Part shown: piece by piece, positions 39,076 through 53,199 of the stretch
How positions within the stretch are numbered: the stretch's first letter is position 1
How the letters are laid out: each line of letters begins with the position of its first letter
From: Lama guanicoe
Lineage: Eukaryota
Direction of reading: 5' to 3'
NCBI GenBank assembly: GCA_013239625.1
Contig: MU053881.1
Location: forward strand, 13,630,373-13,694,372
Length of the DNA: 64,000 nucleotides
Program-made: the position numbers and the translations under genes
The notes under the pieces: generated by a model
The model's input: only the letters and a program-made list of their open reading frames with translations
What the model was told of the DNA's origin: nothing
The model's database searches: none

Positions 39076-40476
39076 CCTAGGATACTTGCTCATCACTAAA
39101 AAGAACAAAAATTAACAGAGCCCAGAACTTAATAAAGCAGTCATCAAACTACAGGTAGAGAGGCATGAACTCTGTACAGTAAGTCAATTGTTTGTCTCCA
39201 TCCTACCATGGGGGAGTGGGACTCTCACACCTAAGGAATTTCCTAGAGTCAGTCTACCTGGACTGCTCGCCTGAGCTCTGTCTAAGACCCTTTAACGAGG
39301 AAGGCTGAGCTGTGAGCTCTTTCTCCCAAGCTGGGGCTGCATCTTATTTCTGTTTCCAACATGTAATACAGTGTCTCTTAGATTTGAGTTAAGCCACAGT
39401 TGGTCAAATTTAACACTAATTTCTACTCTTAGTTTTTTTTTTTCCAACAGACATAAAGGGTCTATGTGTAGGTTTTCTTTTATATTCTTTACATAAAATA
39501 TTATATTAATTCATACAGAAGCTGTATTAGGTAATTATTGTTGATAATGTCTCCTTTCATAGATGAAGAAACTAAGCTTGGTTAGGAGATACTAGCCATC
39601 TTGATGTGTATCAGTTAGCGAGGCAGGATTAGAATTCATACCTATGTCTGTTGTGTTTTAAAAGTTGTGCTTTTTCATAACATTGTGCTGCCTTGTTGAT
39701 CAGAAAACATAGTGATAAATCATTTAGGGCTGTGTGTTTTTTGGCTCTTTCTTGTAGGCCTTCTTTAATTAGTGAAAAGTGAGATTAGTGAAAAATGATG
39801 ACAGAGAAATATAAAGACATTAAAGAGACACATTCATTTCTCCCTGAAAAATTAATAAAGGTACCTTGTGTTCTAGATGAACAACTCTGCCAACCAACAG
39901 GAGGAAGCTCTCTAATAGGCCATGAGAATATCAGATTATTCAGGACAGAGCCAGTCAGGTGACAGATGAATGGCGAATATCGTGTGTTCTGCTAACGCAC
40001 TTGCAGAATACTACCTTATGTATAGAAAGGTCAAAAATGATTGATCAAAGCCAAGAGTGATCGACAATTAGATAGATTTTAGGGTCTTGAGAAAGGGAAA
40101 GGAAAACAAAGTGGGTGTAAGAGTAACATCCATGTTGGTGTTCTCAGTGACCTGTGATGGCTGTAAAACAGAGTCCCGGGACGCCCCTGCCGTATCCCCA
40201 GGACATTCTGGAGAATGGGAGCTGCCTTTTTAACAAACATTCCCGGGTGATTTTGGTACCAAGTAGGTAATGGACCCCATCATGGGAAAATACTGATTTA
40301 ATCCACTCTCTTTAATTTACAAATCATTATGAGGCTCCTAAAGGAAAATGGTTATCCAAAGTTGTAGCACTTTTTTTTTTTTCGGTTAGAGCTTAGACTA
40401 AATCAGTCTCCTAGAGGTCCAGTTCTGTCTTCTTTGATACTTAGATTTAATTTTTCCGACTCCAGTCACAGACAAG

Positions 40477-40781
<305 letters not shown>

Positions 40782-41699
40782 TAAATCCCTGGGAGAGATG
40801 TGTAGAGAAGCAGTAATCTCGCCATGAAAAGAAGATGCTAAGAGTCTGGAAAGAGACCGAGGGCTATTTTGGGCATTTATTATATAGAATTGGTGTCAGC
40901 AGCTGCCACAGGCTTGGGAAAATAGGTGGAGACGGCAGGATGACATGAGATGTCCTCGCTGATCTCGTCTCTCACAAACGTTATCGCTGTAATCGCAAAA
41001 TAACCGTGTCCTCTGGATTAGCTAACACATTCACAGGGTGTGGATTGGTGGAGTCTTTGTTTTTTTTTTCCCCCGAGGGACTATTTTCAGTGTCTCAGAT
41101 TTATTTTATATTCTTGCGAAAGGCCATATGATGAGCATGTGACCGGTGCATGTGTGTTTATTCTCTTTTCCTGTGCTGACCTGTTTTGCAGCCTTCGTGC
41201 TTTTCTAGGTCACGGTTTCCACATGCTTTTTTTGATGATTCAGTCGCCTACCCTGCTGGGTGGGCTAAAGCGTTGATTTCATAACCCATCTCCATTTCAG
41301 AAGTCGCACAGGGAGGTTGTTTGAGGTGGGGAAGGATTTTGAATCTTTTTTTTCTCTGTCATTTCTTTGCGATGTTTTCATACCTCAACCCACCACCAAG
41401 CAACTGGAAGCTGGTGACTTTCTGTGCAACATCCTAGATAGTGAGTAGCTTGACTGCTGTGTGGATATCCTCAGCCTTTGGGAGGAACTCTAGCCGTGGC
41501 AAGCTGCGCAATTCTAAGTCACTGCTCAGAGCAGAAATACAGCATTTCTGACACATGGCTGGTACTTTGGCTCATTTCAAAAATTAGCTTTGAGGAATAA
41601 TTACATGTACATGCTCTTTTTGAAGAACCTGATTTCATGCTTGTATTTCCAAGCTATCATTATTTTCACATTAAATCTCTGCCATAATGAACTGTTTAA

Positions 41700-41945
41700 G
41701 GGGGTGGGGAAGGGAAAGTTGCGAGTCCGAGATTTGCAGATACTAACAACTATATATAAAATAGATAAACCACAGATTTCTTCTGTATAGCACAGGGAAC
41801 TATATTCGATATCTTGTAGTAACCTACAATGGAAAAGAATATGAAAACGAACATATGTATGTGTATGTATGACTGAAACGTTATGCTGCACACCGGAAAC
41901 TGACACAACATTTTAATCTGACTATACTTCAGTTAAAAAAAAAAA
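41700..41945 (+). mobile_element. 5'-truncated L1 3' end
   Basis: ggggtgggaaggga...gagatttgcagatactaac...ctgtatagcacagggaactatatt...A tail. Candidate TSD aact(g/a)tttaa at 41690-41699 and 41944-41953. Confidence 0.9.
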
Positions 41946-42154
41946 CTATTTAATCAAATTGGTCTATGGGATTTAGTTGTTATTTTTATGTAGATATCTT
42001 CGGATAACTCTGCCTTTTCCTAACTTACGATACAATTTAGAGCATAATGTTCTTCAGAGCTCAAATTCTTTGGTGGTTTCAAATTGTTGATGTAAGGACA
42101 TTTTGAAAAAAGTGTGTTGCTCTGCTACTAATGAAGTTTTGTGGTAACAGCATT

Positions 42155-44050
42155 TTTTTGTGTTAGAGTATTTAGGGTTTTCTATATATAAGATCGTGCC
42201 ACCTGCAGAGACAGTTTTACTTTTTTCTTTCTAATTTGGATGTCTTTTTTTTTTTTTCTCTTGCCTGATTGTTCTGGCTAGGACTTTTAGTACTATGTTG
42301 AAAAGGAGAGTGGGCCCCCTTGTCTTCTGATCTTGAAGGAAACACTTCCCACCTTTCATTGTTGAGTATGACGTTAGCTGTAGGCTTGTTATTTAATGGC
42401 CTTTGTGACGTTGAAGTACATTCCTCCGAACCAATTTGTTAAGAGTTTTTATCAAGAAAACACGCTGAATTTTTTCAAATGCATTTTCCTGCCTCTGTTG
42501 AGTTAATCGTATGACTTTAATCTTTCACCCTGTTAATGTGATGCATCCCACTTGATGATTTGCATGTGCTGAACTATCCCTTGCGCCCCCGAGATCAGCC
42601 CCACTAGCTCGTGGTGTGTGATTTTTTTTGTTGAATTTGATTTGCTGGTATTTTGTTGAGGATTTCTGATCTCTGGGTATCAATGATATTAGCCTGCAGT
42701 TTTCTTTTCTTGAGGTATCCGTATCTGGCTTTGGGGTCAGGGTAGTTCTGGCCGTGAACAGTGGGATGGGAGCAGCCCTTTCTCTCTAACTTTCTGGCAG
42801 AGTTTGAAGATCATTGGCATTGATTCTTCTTTAAATGGTTGGTAAAATTCACCAGTGAAAACATCTGGTTCTGGGCTTTTCTTGGTTGGAAAGTTTCTCA
42901 TCACGGATTCAGTCTACGTTATAGTAATTGGTTTGTTCAGGTTTTCTATTTCTTCGTGATTCAGTCTTAGTCGATTGTATGTTTCTAGTAATTTATCCAT
43001 TTCTTCTCGGTTGTTTTATTTATTGGCATATAATTATTCATAGTAGTCTCATGACCCTTTGCATTTCTGTGGCAGCAGCTGAAATGTCTGCTCTTTCATT
43101 AATAATTTTATTTATTTGAGCCCTTTCTCTTTTTTTCTTTGTCTAGCTAAAGATTGATCAATTTTTTATCTTTTCAAATAACCAACTCTTAATTTTGTTA
43201 ATCTCTTCTTTTATAATCTTTTTCTTCTCATTGTTTTCCTGTTCTCTATTTTATTTATTTCTGATTTAATCTTTATAATTTCCTCTTTATGTCAACTTTG
43301 GGCTTACGTTTTTCTTCTTTCCCTGGCTCCTTGAGGTATAATATTAGGCTGTTTACTTGAGAACTTCCTTTTTTTGCTGATGCATGTGTTTATAGCTGTA
43401 AGCTTTCCTCTTGGAACTGTTTTTGCTGCATCTCATAAGATTTGATATGCTGTGTTTCTACTTCATGTATCTCAAGATATCTTTTAAAATTTCTCTTGTG
43501 ATTTGTTCTCTGATCCACTGGTTGTTCAGGATTGTATTGTCTTATTTTCATGTACGTGTGAATTTTCCAGATTTCCTCTCATTGTTGATTTCCAGTTTCA
43601 TACCATGCTGGTCAGAAAAGATACTTGATATAATTTCTGTCTTCTTGAATTTTTTTGAAACTTGTTTTGTGACCTAACATATAATCTATACTAGAAAATG
43701 TTCTGTGTACACATGAGAGGAGCGTGTATTCCATTACCGTTGGGTGAAATGTTTGTTGTACGTCCGTGGGGCTCATTTCGTCTATAGTATCGTTCAAATC
43801 GACTGTTCCCTAATTGATTCTTGGTCTGGATGATCTATCCGTTGTTAAGAGTCAGATATTAAAGTCTTCACCTATTAGTGTATTCCTGTTTATTTCTCCT
43901 GTTAGTTCTGTTACGTATTTGCTTTATATATTAAGGTGCTCTGATGTTGCATGAATATTTACAATTGTTTTATCTTCTTGATAAATTGACCTCTTTATCG
44001 CCATAAAATGACCTGCTTTGTCTCTTGTGAGCATTTAAGTTTAAAGTCTA
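42155..44050 (-). mobile_element. Old L1 ORF2 fragment (~1.9 kb; endonuclease to RT region), degenerate
   Basis: Minus-strand ORF remnant TDVQQTFHPTVMEYTLLSCVHRTFSSIDYMLGHKTS matches the L1 endonuclease. Continuous antisense ORF2 motifs with stops and frameshifts. Confidence 0.9.
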
Positions 44051-45265
44051 CAAGGTAGATTTTAATATTTGTTTTTACGACTAGAGAAACAAACTCAAGA
44101 AGGTGAAGTGGTTTGCCCAAGATTATGCGGCTGCTGATTGGCACAATGGCTCTGCACTGATGTGGTCATTGATTAAGTGACTTACTTTAGTAAAGCCCCT
44201 GATTTTGTAGGGACCAGATGAACAGGAAGATCCACGTTCTAAAAATTGAGCAAATAGCCTATCCTTATGAATAATTGGGACATATTCATATTTAGCCAGA
44301 CAAGGAATCATTGTTATAGAGAATAAAGTATGGTGTTATATTAATAACGTGCATGATATCTAGGCTTATTACTATCAGTCGGTAGTTAACTCATCATGTT
44401 GAAATAAGTTTAGGATCCTATCCCTTAAGCTCTGAAGATTGTGCCTGACATTTTACCTTATTTATCACTTCTTTCTGTTTAGCAGACTCTAGGCATTCTT
44501 TCATTTCTCTCTTCTGCCCCCTCTCTCCTCCCCATTTGTCCCCGCTTCCCTTCTCTCCCTTCTTCCCCTTCCTACTTCCCCTCCTTACTTCTCTTCCTCC
44601 CTCTCTCAAGTGCAAATGAGCCAAATAATGGCATTACTAAATCATTATCACCTTATCTCCATATCAACAGTGACTATATTGGTATCCAGATAGGGTAATA
44701 AACTTGATTCTGGGAAGCTTGGAGTAGGAGAATATTAGGATTGAGTTTATTGTTATTCATTCATGATTGCATTCATTCAAGAATTTATTCGTTCACTAAA
44801 TATTTGTTGGGCACTAATTATTTACCAGGTATTGCAGTAAGCTCTAGAGACATAATGGTGGACAAAAGAAGACAGTGTTTCTGCCCTCCTTTATTACGAT
44901 AAGGAAGATAAAAATTATTTTAATAAATATATGTATGAGTGTAAAATCGGATTAGTGAAAAGCACTCTCAAAATAAAACATTTAATTCTGTAAGATCTTA
45001 CAGATTAGAGGAAATCTTGAAATCAAGTGCTGGGGAATCTAGAAAGTCAGCATGGACTCCTCTTCTCTCTTCCAGGTGGAAGGGTGGAGAAGTCCTGTTG
45101 TGGATTAATGGGATTTGCTGAACTAAATGGGCCCTGACAATATTTATCACTAAGCAGGCAATGAAACTTAACTGCCAGTATAAAAAGGAGAACTCCATTC
45201 CCAGATGTTTCCAGTCTTTTCAAGTAGAGCCAGCCTTCCTTACTTTATACCTGCACGTTTCTTTT

Positions 45266-45391
45266 TTGTTGTTGTTGTTATATATGTGTTTTTATTGAAG
45301 TCTAGTCAGGTTATGGTGTTGTGTCAGTTTCCCTACAGCACAGTGCTTCAGTCATACATACACATGCATATATTCGTTTTCATATTCTTTT
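45266..45391 (-). mobile_element. Very short L1 3' end
   Basis: tttattgaagtctagtcag...gtgttgtgtcagtttc...tattcgttttcatattctttt. Degenerate TSD cctgcacgtttctttt (45250-45265) / cctacatgcttctttt (45392-45407). Confidence 0.8.
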
Positions 45392-46384
45392 CCTACATGC
45401 TTCTTTTATCTGTGTTGTCAGCTACATCATACCTGTCCACATAATGTATGTACATGTCTGTTATGTTTCTGAGTCTCTCATTCAGACTGGAAGAGGGATA
45501 ATGGAATACTCACCTGTATTTCTAGGGAAATGTCACCCTGAAAGCACCAGATGACAACGAAGTTACAAGCTAGCCCGTTTAAACAAAGCTCTTTGGAACT
45601 TTGCTGTTTGGGACTAAGATGAATTCTCATAAAGAAACAGTGACTTGTCCCAGGTGTACTGATGCTTTGAAATACATGATGCTGCCAAGTATAATTGAAG
45701 AGTATTAGGAGAAGACAGAGATTTATCTCTTTTTTTAAAAATGTATGCGGTTCATGTCACGGTACAAGGACACAACTTTCTATTATACTGCAAGGCCACT
45801 TAGTGTGGTCCATTCAGAAATGAAAAGTAGTGCAAAGCGGGTGGCGGTGTTATTGTGTGTCTTTGAAATGGGAACGGTTAGGGGGCTACACTGTGTGCTA
45901 AGCCAGTTCAGCTTCTCAGTACCAACGTCACCTACATGGTCCCTCTCCCCTGCTCAGCAGGGTCAGGCTGTCATGTATAGTCTTCATCCCCATCTCCAGG
46001 TGTCCACTTGGGACATGGGAGCTCCTTACCTGAAAGGAACTATGGAATTCTCTCAACTGAAATCCATTGACAGGCCACTCACTTTACCAAAACCCCAAAG
46101 TTTCCTTTTTTCCCCCTCATGTATTTGTGTGTTTTTATTTCAGCCTGTCTCTGGGTGATTTGGACTGAACAGCCTCCGTGTCTCATTCTCAGTGGTGTTG
46201 GTTTTGCAGTCAGTCTCAGCCTCAGTGCCACCTATAGTGGATTAGAGAATGTGTGACGTTCTCTGTCACAGACAGCTTCACAGGGCTATGCCAAGTGTTG
46301 ACTGAGGCAGCCACCAGGCATCTCCTTTTCAGGATCTTGGAGAAAAAAAAAAAACCCTACTACTGCTCTTTGTGGCAGCATCAG

Positions 46385-46590
46385 AAACCAGTTCTTGCTG
46401 GCCTCTCACAGTCCCCGACCACCTGTGTGACACTGAGCAAGTCACCCTACTTAGCTAAGCTTCAGTTTCCACGTAGGTCACATGGAGATGTTAATACCTA
46501 CCATCGTGAAGCTCTTGTGAGGATTACACAACTCACGTAGATAAAGAATCCAGCACTTTGCTTGGTACATGGTGGACATCTGCATAAACA
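46385..46590 (+). mobile_element. MIR SINE
   Basis: ctgtgtgacactgagcaagtcac...cttcagtttcc...ttgtgaggatta...tggtacatggtgg. Confidence 0.7.
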
Positions 46591-49500
46591 GTCCCTTCAG
46601 TAATTCATAATTATTATGATCATACTGACTCTGATTATTGTATATAACAAGTTCCACACTCATCTTGAGTTCGAGTAAATGCAGCCAAGGAGAGCCCAAA
46701 AGCACAGCACTGCCCTTGTCAACCTTTGCACATCTTACTCTGACCCTTGCTTTTATTTTCCAAGTAAGTTTTGTTATCTGTAGGGGTGTCTCCTTCCTCA
46801 TAGAATGTCTGAGCCAGCTGTGCTTGTACAGATATAAAGTACAAATTAATTTCTTTTACTTCTGCCAAACAGGAAAAGAATGAATAGCGAGCTTCGAAAT
46901 CCAAAGAGGGAGATTTAAAAGTTTTTGGGCAACTGTACTTGAATGAAGTAAAGGGATAATTCATTTTAAAATGTAATCCATTTATGGTCTTGTTAACATT
47001 TATGCAGGTCCAGACAGGACAGCCGTCACCTGCTGACCATCTAAGGCCTCTGTGGTCAGCGTAGGAGAAAGGTCCCTGTGGGTGTGTGGGAGCCGGCATC
47101 TCTTCTTAGACGTGGTCAGCATGCTTTAGGAAGCAGAAAATGTACGTGTGATTGTTGTCATCTTATTGAATTCCAATTGAAGATCAAATAAAAACATCTT
47201 CCTGTTAGGATGCTGATGGAATAAAACCTCTACTTCCTTGCCAACAATTTCATTCTTGAGTCTTATTAAAGAGGTCAGTATAGATTGATGCATTTCAGCA
47301 GCCTGAGATGTTGAATCAAAATGTACCGTGTCACAGATCCAGGTTATGCTGTGTGCTGGCCAGTATTTCAGTAGGTGTCCATATGGTGTTTTTAAGAGCT
47401 TAGAAGGAAAAAGCATTGTGTTTTCTCCGCTCCTAAAGTGAAAATTGATGACACTTCAGAGTACGTTGGTAGGTTAAAAATGCCGTTCACAGAGGATGTG
47501 GTGATGAGATGGGGGTCTGAGCTCGTGGTGGATAGTGGGGATGTCTGGCGCAGGTTCCTCAAGCTCACGGAACAGGCCACATAGCTGCGTCACGCTGTGG
47601 TTTCTCATCTGTACCATGCTGGGACACCTGATGAGTGAGGACAGAGATCTCCGTGCAGGGCTTGTACTGGCATCCCCCTAGCAGCTGTTCTCATCATAGC
47701 ACCGTTATCATCATTTGCAAAGTACACCTGGAATATTGTGCTCAGTTAGAGGCACACCCTTTTTTAAGACGGACATTTAGCCACCAGACAACCAAAACGT
47801 GAGTGACACGTGCACCATGGAGTGTGAAGGACCAGTGGAAGGAAGACATGGAGGGAGGAGGGGCACACCTCCCTGAGGAAGGGAGGCTCGGAGAGGTGGG
47901 GTGGTGATATGTGTTGAACACGGTAGCTATTTTCACATCACTACCGAATTTCCTCTTGAGAGAGCAGACTGTGCTGCCCTAGGGGCAAAACTAGACTAAA
48001 GGTCAAAGATGCCAAAAGGCAATTTTGGACTGAAATTAAAAAAAAAAAAAAAGGAAAAGAAAAGTTCATAGCAATTACAGCTGGTAACAAGGCCGGTCGG
48101 TTGCTGTATGCTGTAAAACATTTTCCAGGAAAGAAGGAATTCCTGCACTGGGCTGGGGTGGGATGTTACAATTTCTAAGGAGCTCTGGGTTGATGGTTAC
48201 TCAGCACCGGCAGAAAATATGTAGGACCTTAGTTAAAGGACAGTTAGGAATTCACTGGTTTATATGAGGACGAAGATCCCATATGCATATACCTCTGAGA
48301 ACAATGCTGTTTAAGAAAAGGTGGAAATCACATCCCTGCTAAGATTTTAAGTAGAATGATGTGTGTGTTTTGCTGATAGCCTGTTGCCCTGCTGGTAGCC
48401 ATCTTTCTTGTCTCAGATTTTCCTCCCAGAAATACAGTTTACAGTTGTGTCTGCCACATCTTCTCATCTATCTAAAGAATCTGGAACCTCCCAGAGGCTT
48501 CTGGAGCCTCCTTAATGCTTTCAGAAGCATCACAACAGAAGAAAACATATGTGTGCATGTGTCTGTGCCTGTGGGTGGTGGTGGCGGTAAATGGTGAAGC
48601 TCTGAAATATTTTAGGTGATTCTCACAGGGTTTCAAATTAGGAAAATATTCTTGTGACATTCTAGTAAGGTTTAGTCATTACTGTTTATCGAGGGAAAAG
48701 CAAAGAGCATTACAAAGGCACCGTGGTGTCACTGTATACAAATTTAATTCAAACCACCGTCCTCTTTTGGTATTTTCTTGAGTTTCACCTAGTGCTGTGG
48801 AAGCGGGGGTTGGTCTTCCAGTGTGGAAATACACTGTTGGATATGATCTTCATTTAACATTCGTTAGTCCCACGTGACCACAGACAAGCACCAGCAAGTG
48901 TGTGTAGAACCCCTGGGACTTCGTGCAAATATTATTCGTGACCTTCACATATATATCTGGACCTTAAGACTTCCATCCTTAGAAAGTAGTGACTTAGATA
49001 TAAAGGGTGCATCTTGATATTGAGTAAGAGAAATGAAAATAGTGAACTCTACAGTTTTTTCCCCCATAGTAAAGAGAAATACTTTTTTTTTTTTTTACAT
49101 TTTTCATTTTCTCTTTCTGTAGTCTCTGTTTTCTCCTTCTGAGATTCCCAGTAGGTAGATCTCGGATCGCCCACATCTACCTGCCATGCATGACTCTGAA
49201 TTAAAACTCACAGATTTTTTTTCTTTCAAATTAGTAGTATTTCTTTTACTCTAAAGAAAGTTTTATTAGCATTATATTTTGGCAATCGTATTTTCAGTTT
49301 CTAGGAGCTCTTCCTGATGCTTCGACTCCTCGTTTTCCTTAGTCATGTGTCCTCTTTTGGAACGTCCTTTTCCGTTGAAAGTATGTCAGTTTATTTCACA
49401 AGTCCTCTTCTGTTCTCATCTGTTTCCTTTTACGAGGAGGTATGTCTGCCTTGGTCTTCTTCTCGTGGATGGTTTACTTTATACACCTGCTGATCTTTGT

Positions 49501-50034
49501 AGTCAATTTGTATTTATAAATAAATGGCTGGTTTGATCAGGTCAAGTCACTGATCGAGGAGTCTGACCTGTTGTGGGTTTCCCCAGCACTGCTCTGAGAT
49601 TGTCTCCACAGCCCGCTTCCTCCCTGAATAGCGCGAGGTGGGCAGACAACTGGACGTGCTGATCAGACAGCCCCGCTCTTTAGGACAGTGGGCTGTGACC
49701 TTTCACAGGTCGCCAAGGCTCATCTGAGGCATAAGCACTTTAGATTATTTCACTCCTGGAAGGAGATGATAGAACCACGACTTAGCTTTTTTTCTTTTTT
49801 CCTCCATTTGCAGAGGTGCCTACGGCTGTCTGGGGTTCTGTTCTGGTTTTTTCTTCAGCCCAGTGTCTAAACTCGGCATCCAGGCAGCCCCGAGGTGTCC
49901 AGGGAGCCTTCGTCCAGCACTGTCTTGCATGCAGTCACCAGACCCGTGGTAGACGGGTGAAGGCTGGTCTGCTGGTCCCAGGAGGGTCCTACTGGGACCA
50001 GCAGACCAGTCAGCTTCCCGACTGAGCCTGCAGA

Positions 50035-50350
50035 TTCTCCAGTGTGTAGGTCCTCAGCCTCGCTGCACATTAGATTACCTGAGAGTTTCTAAACATCCAA
50101 ATAAAGGGGCCACACCACAGACCTACTGAGTCAGTCATCTTGAAAGCTCCTCAATGTGATGGCAGTGAACAGCCAAAGCTGAGAGAGAGTACTCCAGGGC
50201 CTGGCCTGACTGGGCATGAGCGCCTTCTGGAGGGCTTGTTAAAACAGATCATTGGGTCCCATCCCTGGAGTTTCTTAGTGGGTCCTGAGGATTTGCAGTT
50301 CTCACAGGTACCTTGGTCACGCTGATGCTGCAGGGGTGAGGACCACCCCG
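50035..50350. mobile_element. Two MER5-like hAT DNA transposon remnants
   Basis: gctgcacattagattacctgagag...cagacctactgagtcag and ctggagggcttgttaaaacagat...gctgatgctgc...gaccac. Confidence 0.65.
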
Positions 50351-50909
50351 TGACGTCACAGCTCCAGGACATACGTGAGGAGATGGGCTCTCTCCTCTGC
50401 ACGCCCACATGGAAAACTTGTTTCTCCATTTGGTTTTCTGGATATGCAGACCCTCACCTACCTCCTAACTTCTGTACATTTTCCAAAATTCCTGGCACAC
50501 TGGCGGCATGCTTTCCTATTTGCAGTGCCATTAGAGATTTTGACTGTTCCTTCCTTTTATAGTTACTTATATGAGAGTCAAGTAAGGCAGGAAGGGTAAA
50601 TGTGCCACCTTAAACTGGAGCTCTTCGTTTACAGATCCTCAGTTTTTAACTGCCTATATGATTTTCAACCTCATCTTTAAAATTTAAAAGCACATCATGA
50701 ATGCCTTGTTTTCTGAAATTCTTTCTTATAATTTGTAGTATCTAGTATTGTGCATGTGGCTGAACTATAATTTATTACACCAGTTCTCCATTGTAGAACA
50801 TAAGTTAATTCTACTAGTTGCTCTTCTTAATAATGTTATAATTTGTATATGATCAAAGCTGCATCGTTTAATGCAGGTATGATTATGTATGTGTGGAAAT
50901 AGATATATG

Positions 50910-51095
50910 GCTCTTCTGTCCAGTATAATATATAATGTTAAGTGCCAATTAATTAAAATTAAGTGAAACTGAAAAGTTTAATTTTCAGTCTCTCGGTTGC
51001 TCCAGGCATGTACCATGTGCTCAGGAGCCGTGGGTTTCTGCCACACTAGACACTGCAAGTATACAGCACATTTTCATCATCTCAGAAAAGTCTGA
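50910..51095. mobile_element. MER3/MER33-like hAT remnant
   Basis: ctgtccagta...aattaaaattaagtgaaactgaaaa...atgtgctca...acattttcatcatctcagaaaag. Confidence 0.55.
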
Positions 51096-53199
51096 TACCA
51101 TGAATCCATTAAAAAACCCACAGAAGTTGTGAGTAGCTACAAATTAGAAATATTAAACCTTTTGAAATGGTTTTATAGGAGAGGTGCCTATTTAAACTTG
51201 CAGGATGAGGGTTCTCTTCACACTTGGCTTACAATCGTGGTGACATCCTGTGCAATTCAGAGGTTATATGGACCTTTGGACATTTTTTTTCTAATGTAAA
51301 ATGAATGGATTAAAAGCAAAAAGAACTTACTATGTAAAGAGCATTAGAATCATTGTATTCACTATAGGCCAGCCTTTGAGCCAATAAGACAGCGATGCAG
51401 GATGGCTCTTTTATAAGATGTGACTATTTTTCTTCTCTTAAATACCATCCCTTGTGAGATTCACCATTACATTAATAAGAATAGTAAAATTCTACAAGGA
51501 ATGTAGTCACCTCTTGGTAGATAGATCCTGATTTCAGAAATGCTAAAAACATGAAAGGAACACCAAGTGCGTTAGAATGGAAGAAATACAGTTTTGGTTT
51601 TTGTTTTTTTTTTTTAGTTATTTTCTTAATTACAAAGGCATCCATGATTTTATTGTTCCTAAGTGAGCAAATCAAAAAGAAGCAAAATTCAGCGTTATCA
51701 GATTAGTAGCCCCCAGTCTTACAGGTGAAGACCTACCTGCTTGGTTCATCTTCCTGAACCCAGCCGTTAGGGTGTTTCTGACATGGTGTACACAGTGAAG
51801 CTGTTTGTGAAGTGTGTGTGTATGTGTGTGTATGCATAACCTCTGGCCCAAAAGGTAGAGAGTGGGAACACGTATCTGCATTATCCTGGCCGTGACCAAG
51901 ATTTCCATGTGAATCAACAGGTACCTTTGGAATCTAGAGTTTTAGATACAGAGAATTTGGGGAGAAGTATTTTAGCAGTAAATGCGACCCCTAATTAGAT
52001 TTTTGCTCTGTAGCATTGAAAGGACGTCAGAAGAAATAATACGCAAGAGCCTGGTAAATTGAACACACTGGCTTCCATCCCTCACCTGTATTGAGCTGAC
52101 TTGATAATTAAATGAGCCCAGAGCCCAGAAGCCGCTCACCCCTTTGACCACGAGGCAGGCAGGCACAGCTGTGAAGTTTGGAAAGAGGTTGGCCCACACT
52201 CAGCTTGCAACTCAAAGTAACAGCAAGGAGCAGTTACCAGAAAACTGATTCTCTTGGTGGGTTCCTAAAGATGAAGCATTTTCTTAAGAACTAAGTGAGC
52301 GCCTAAGTCCCTCGGGACCCTGTGTGTTGGTTGAGGCTCTGCTCAAAAACTCACATCGAATAACATTTCCCTTCCTAGGGTCACAGCCGCCTTCTTTGAG
52401 GTTTCCAATGCTCATTTATTTCCTGCTTGGAAATTGCCCATTAGAGCTAAGAATGCAGTTTCAGTGCCAGCTGTGTGTGATCAATTTTTCGGTGGCAAAT
52501 CTCCTGGAGGGAGGGTAGTTGGGGTACAAGCTTGTTTACTTGGTTTTCCTTTAGGCTCAAGAAAGGTGCCAACAATGCTGCCATCCCACAAAAACTCTCT
52601 TCTCGGCTGGACTTCACTTTGTGCTCGATCCTCATTAAGTGAAAATGCCACGTTTGTGGCCTTCTTAGCATTTTTATTGAAGGCTGGAGAGCACTTCGTG
52701 AAACCTGATGTGAACATCAGAAGCCAGGGGCAGAAATCCACCCACAGACCTTCCTGAGCATTTCCAGAAGACTCCTGTTCTTGTTTGATTGTTGCAGCCC
52801 AATGTATTACAGCTCAGATCCTGAACCTGGCGCCCTGTAGTACCACTTGAAGATAAGTTCCTTTCAGTCCTGCAAATCCAATACCTCTGTCTTTAGGATA
52901 GCCTCCAGAGCCTCCCATCTCTCCCTGCTCCCACCTGACTGCAGCTGGTGCCATGATTTTGTATTTATTGTTGCCAAGATCATCACCACCGTCATCCATG
53001 ATAGTCACTGCCATTTATTTATTAAATGCTTACTTTGTTCCAGACATGGTGTTGTGTATCTGCAGACGTGCTCACCTGAATCTATTCACCTTGCAGCCAC
53101 CAATATTATTTCCTCTTGACAAATGAGGGCACGGTGCCTTGGAGAAGTTGTGTAACTTACAAAGGCCCCACAGGTTAGCTGGCCAATGTCTAAAGAAAA

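Noticed and set aside
47030..47122. gctgacca/tggtcagc stem-loops
   Set aside because: Stems are only 8-9 bp perfect or need bulges, which is within chance expectation.
48198..48220. REST/NRSE site (also partial matches near 286 and 15688)
   Set aside because: Only one half-site (TCAGCACC or GCTGTCC-like) matches in each case.
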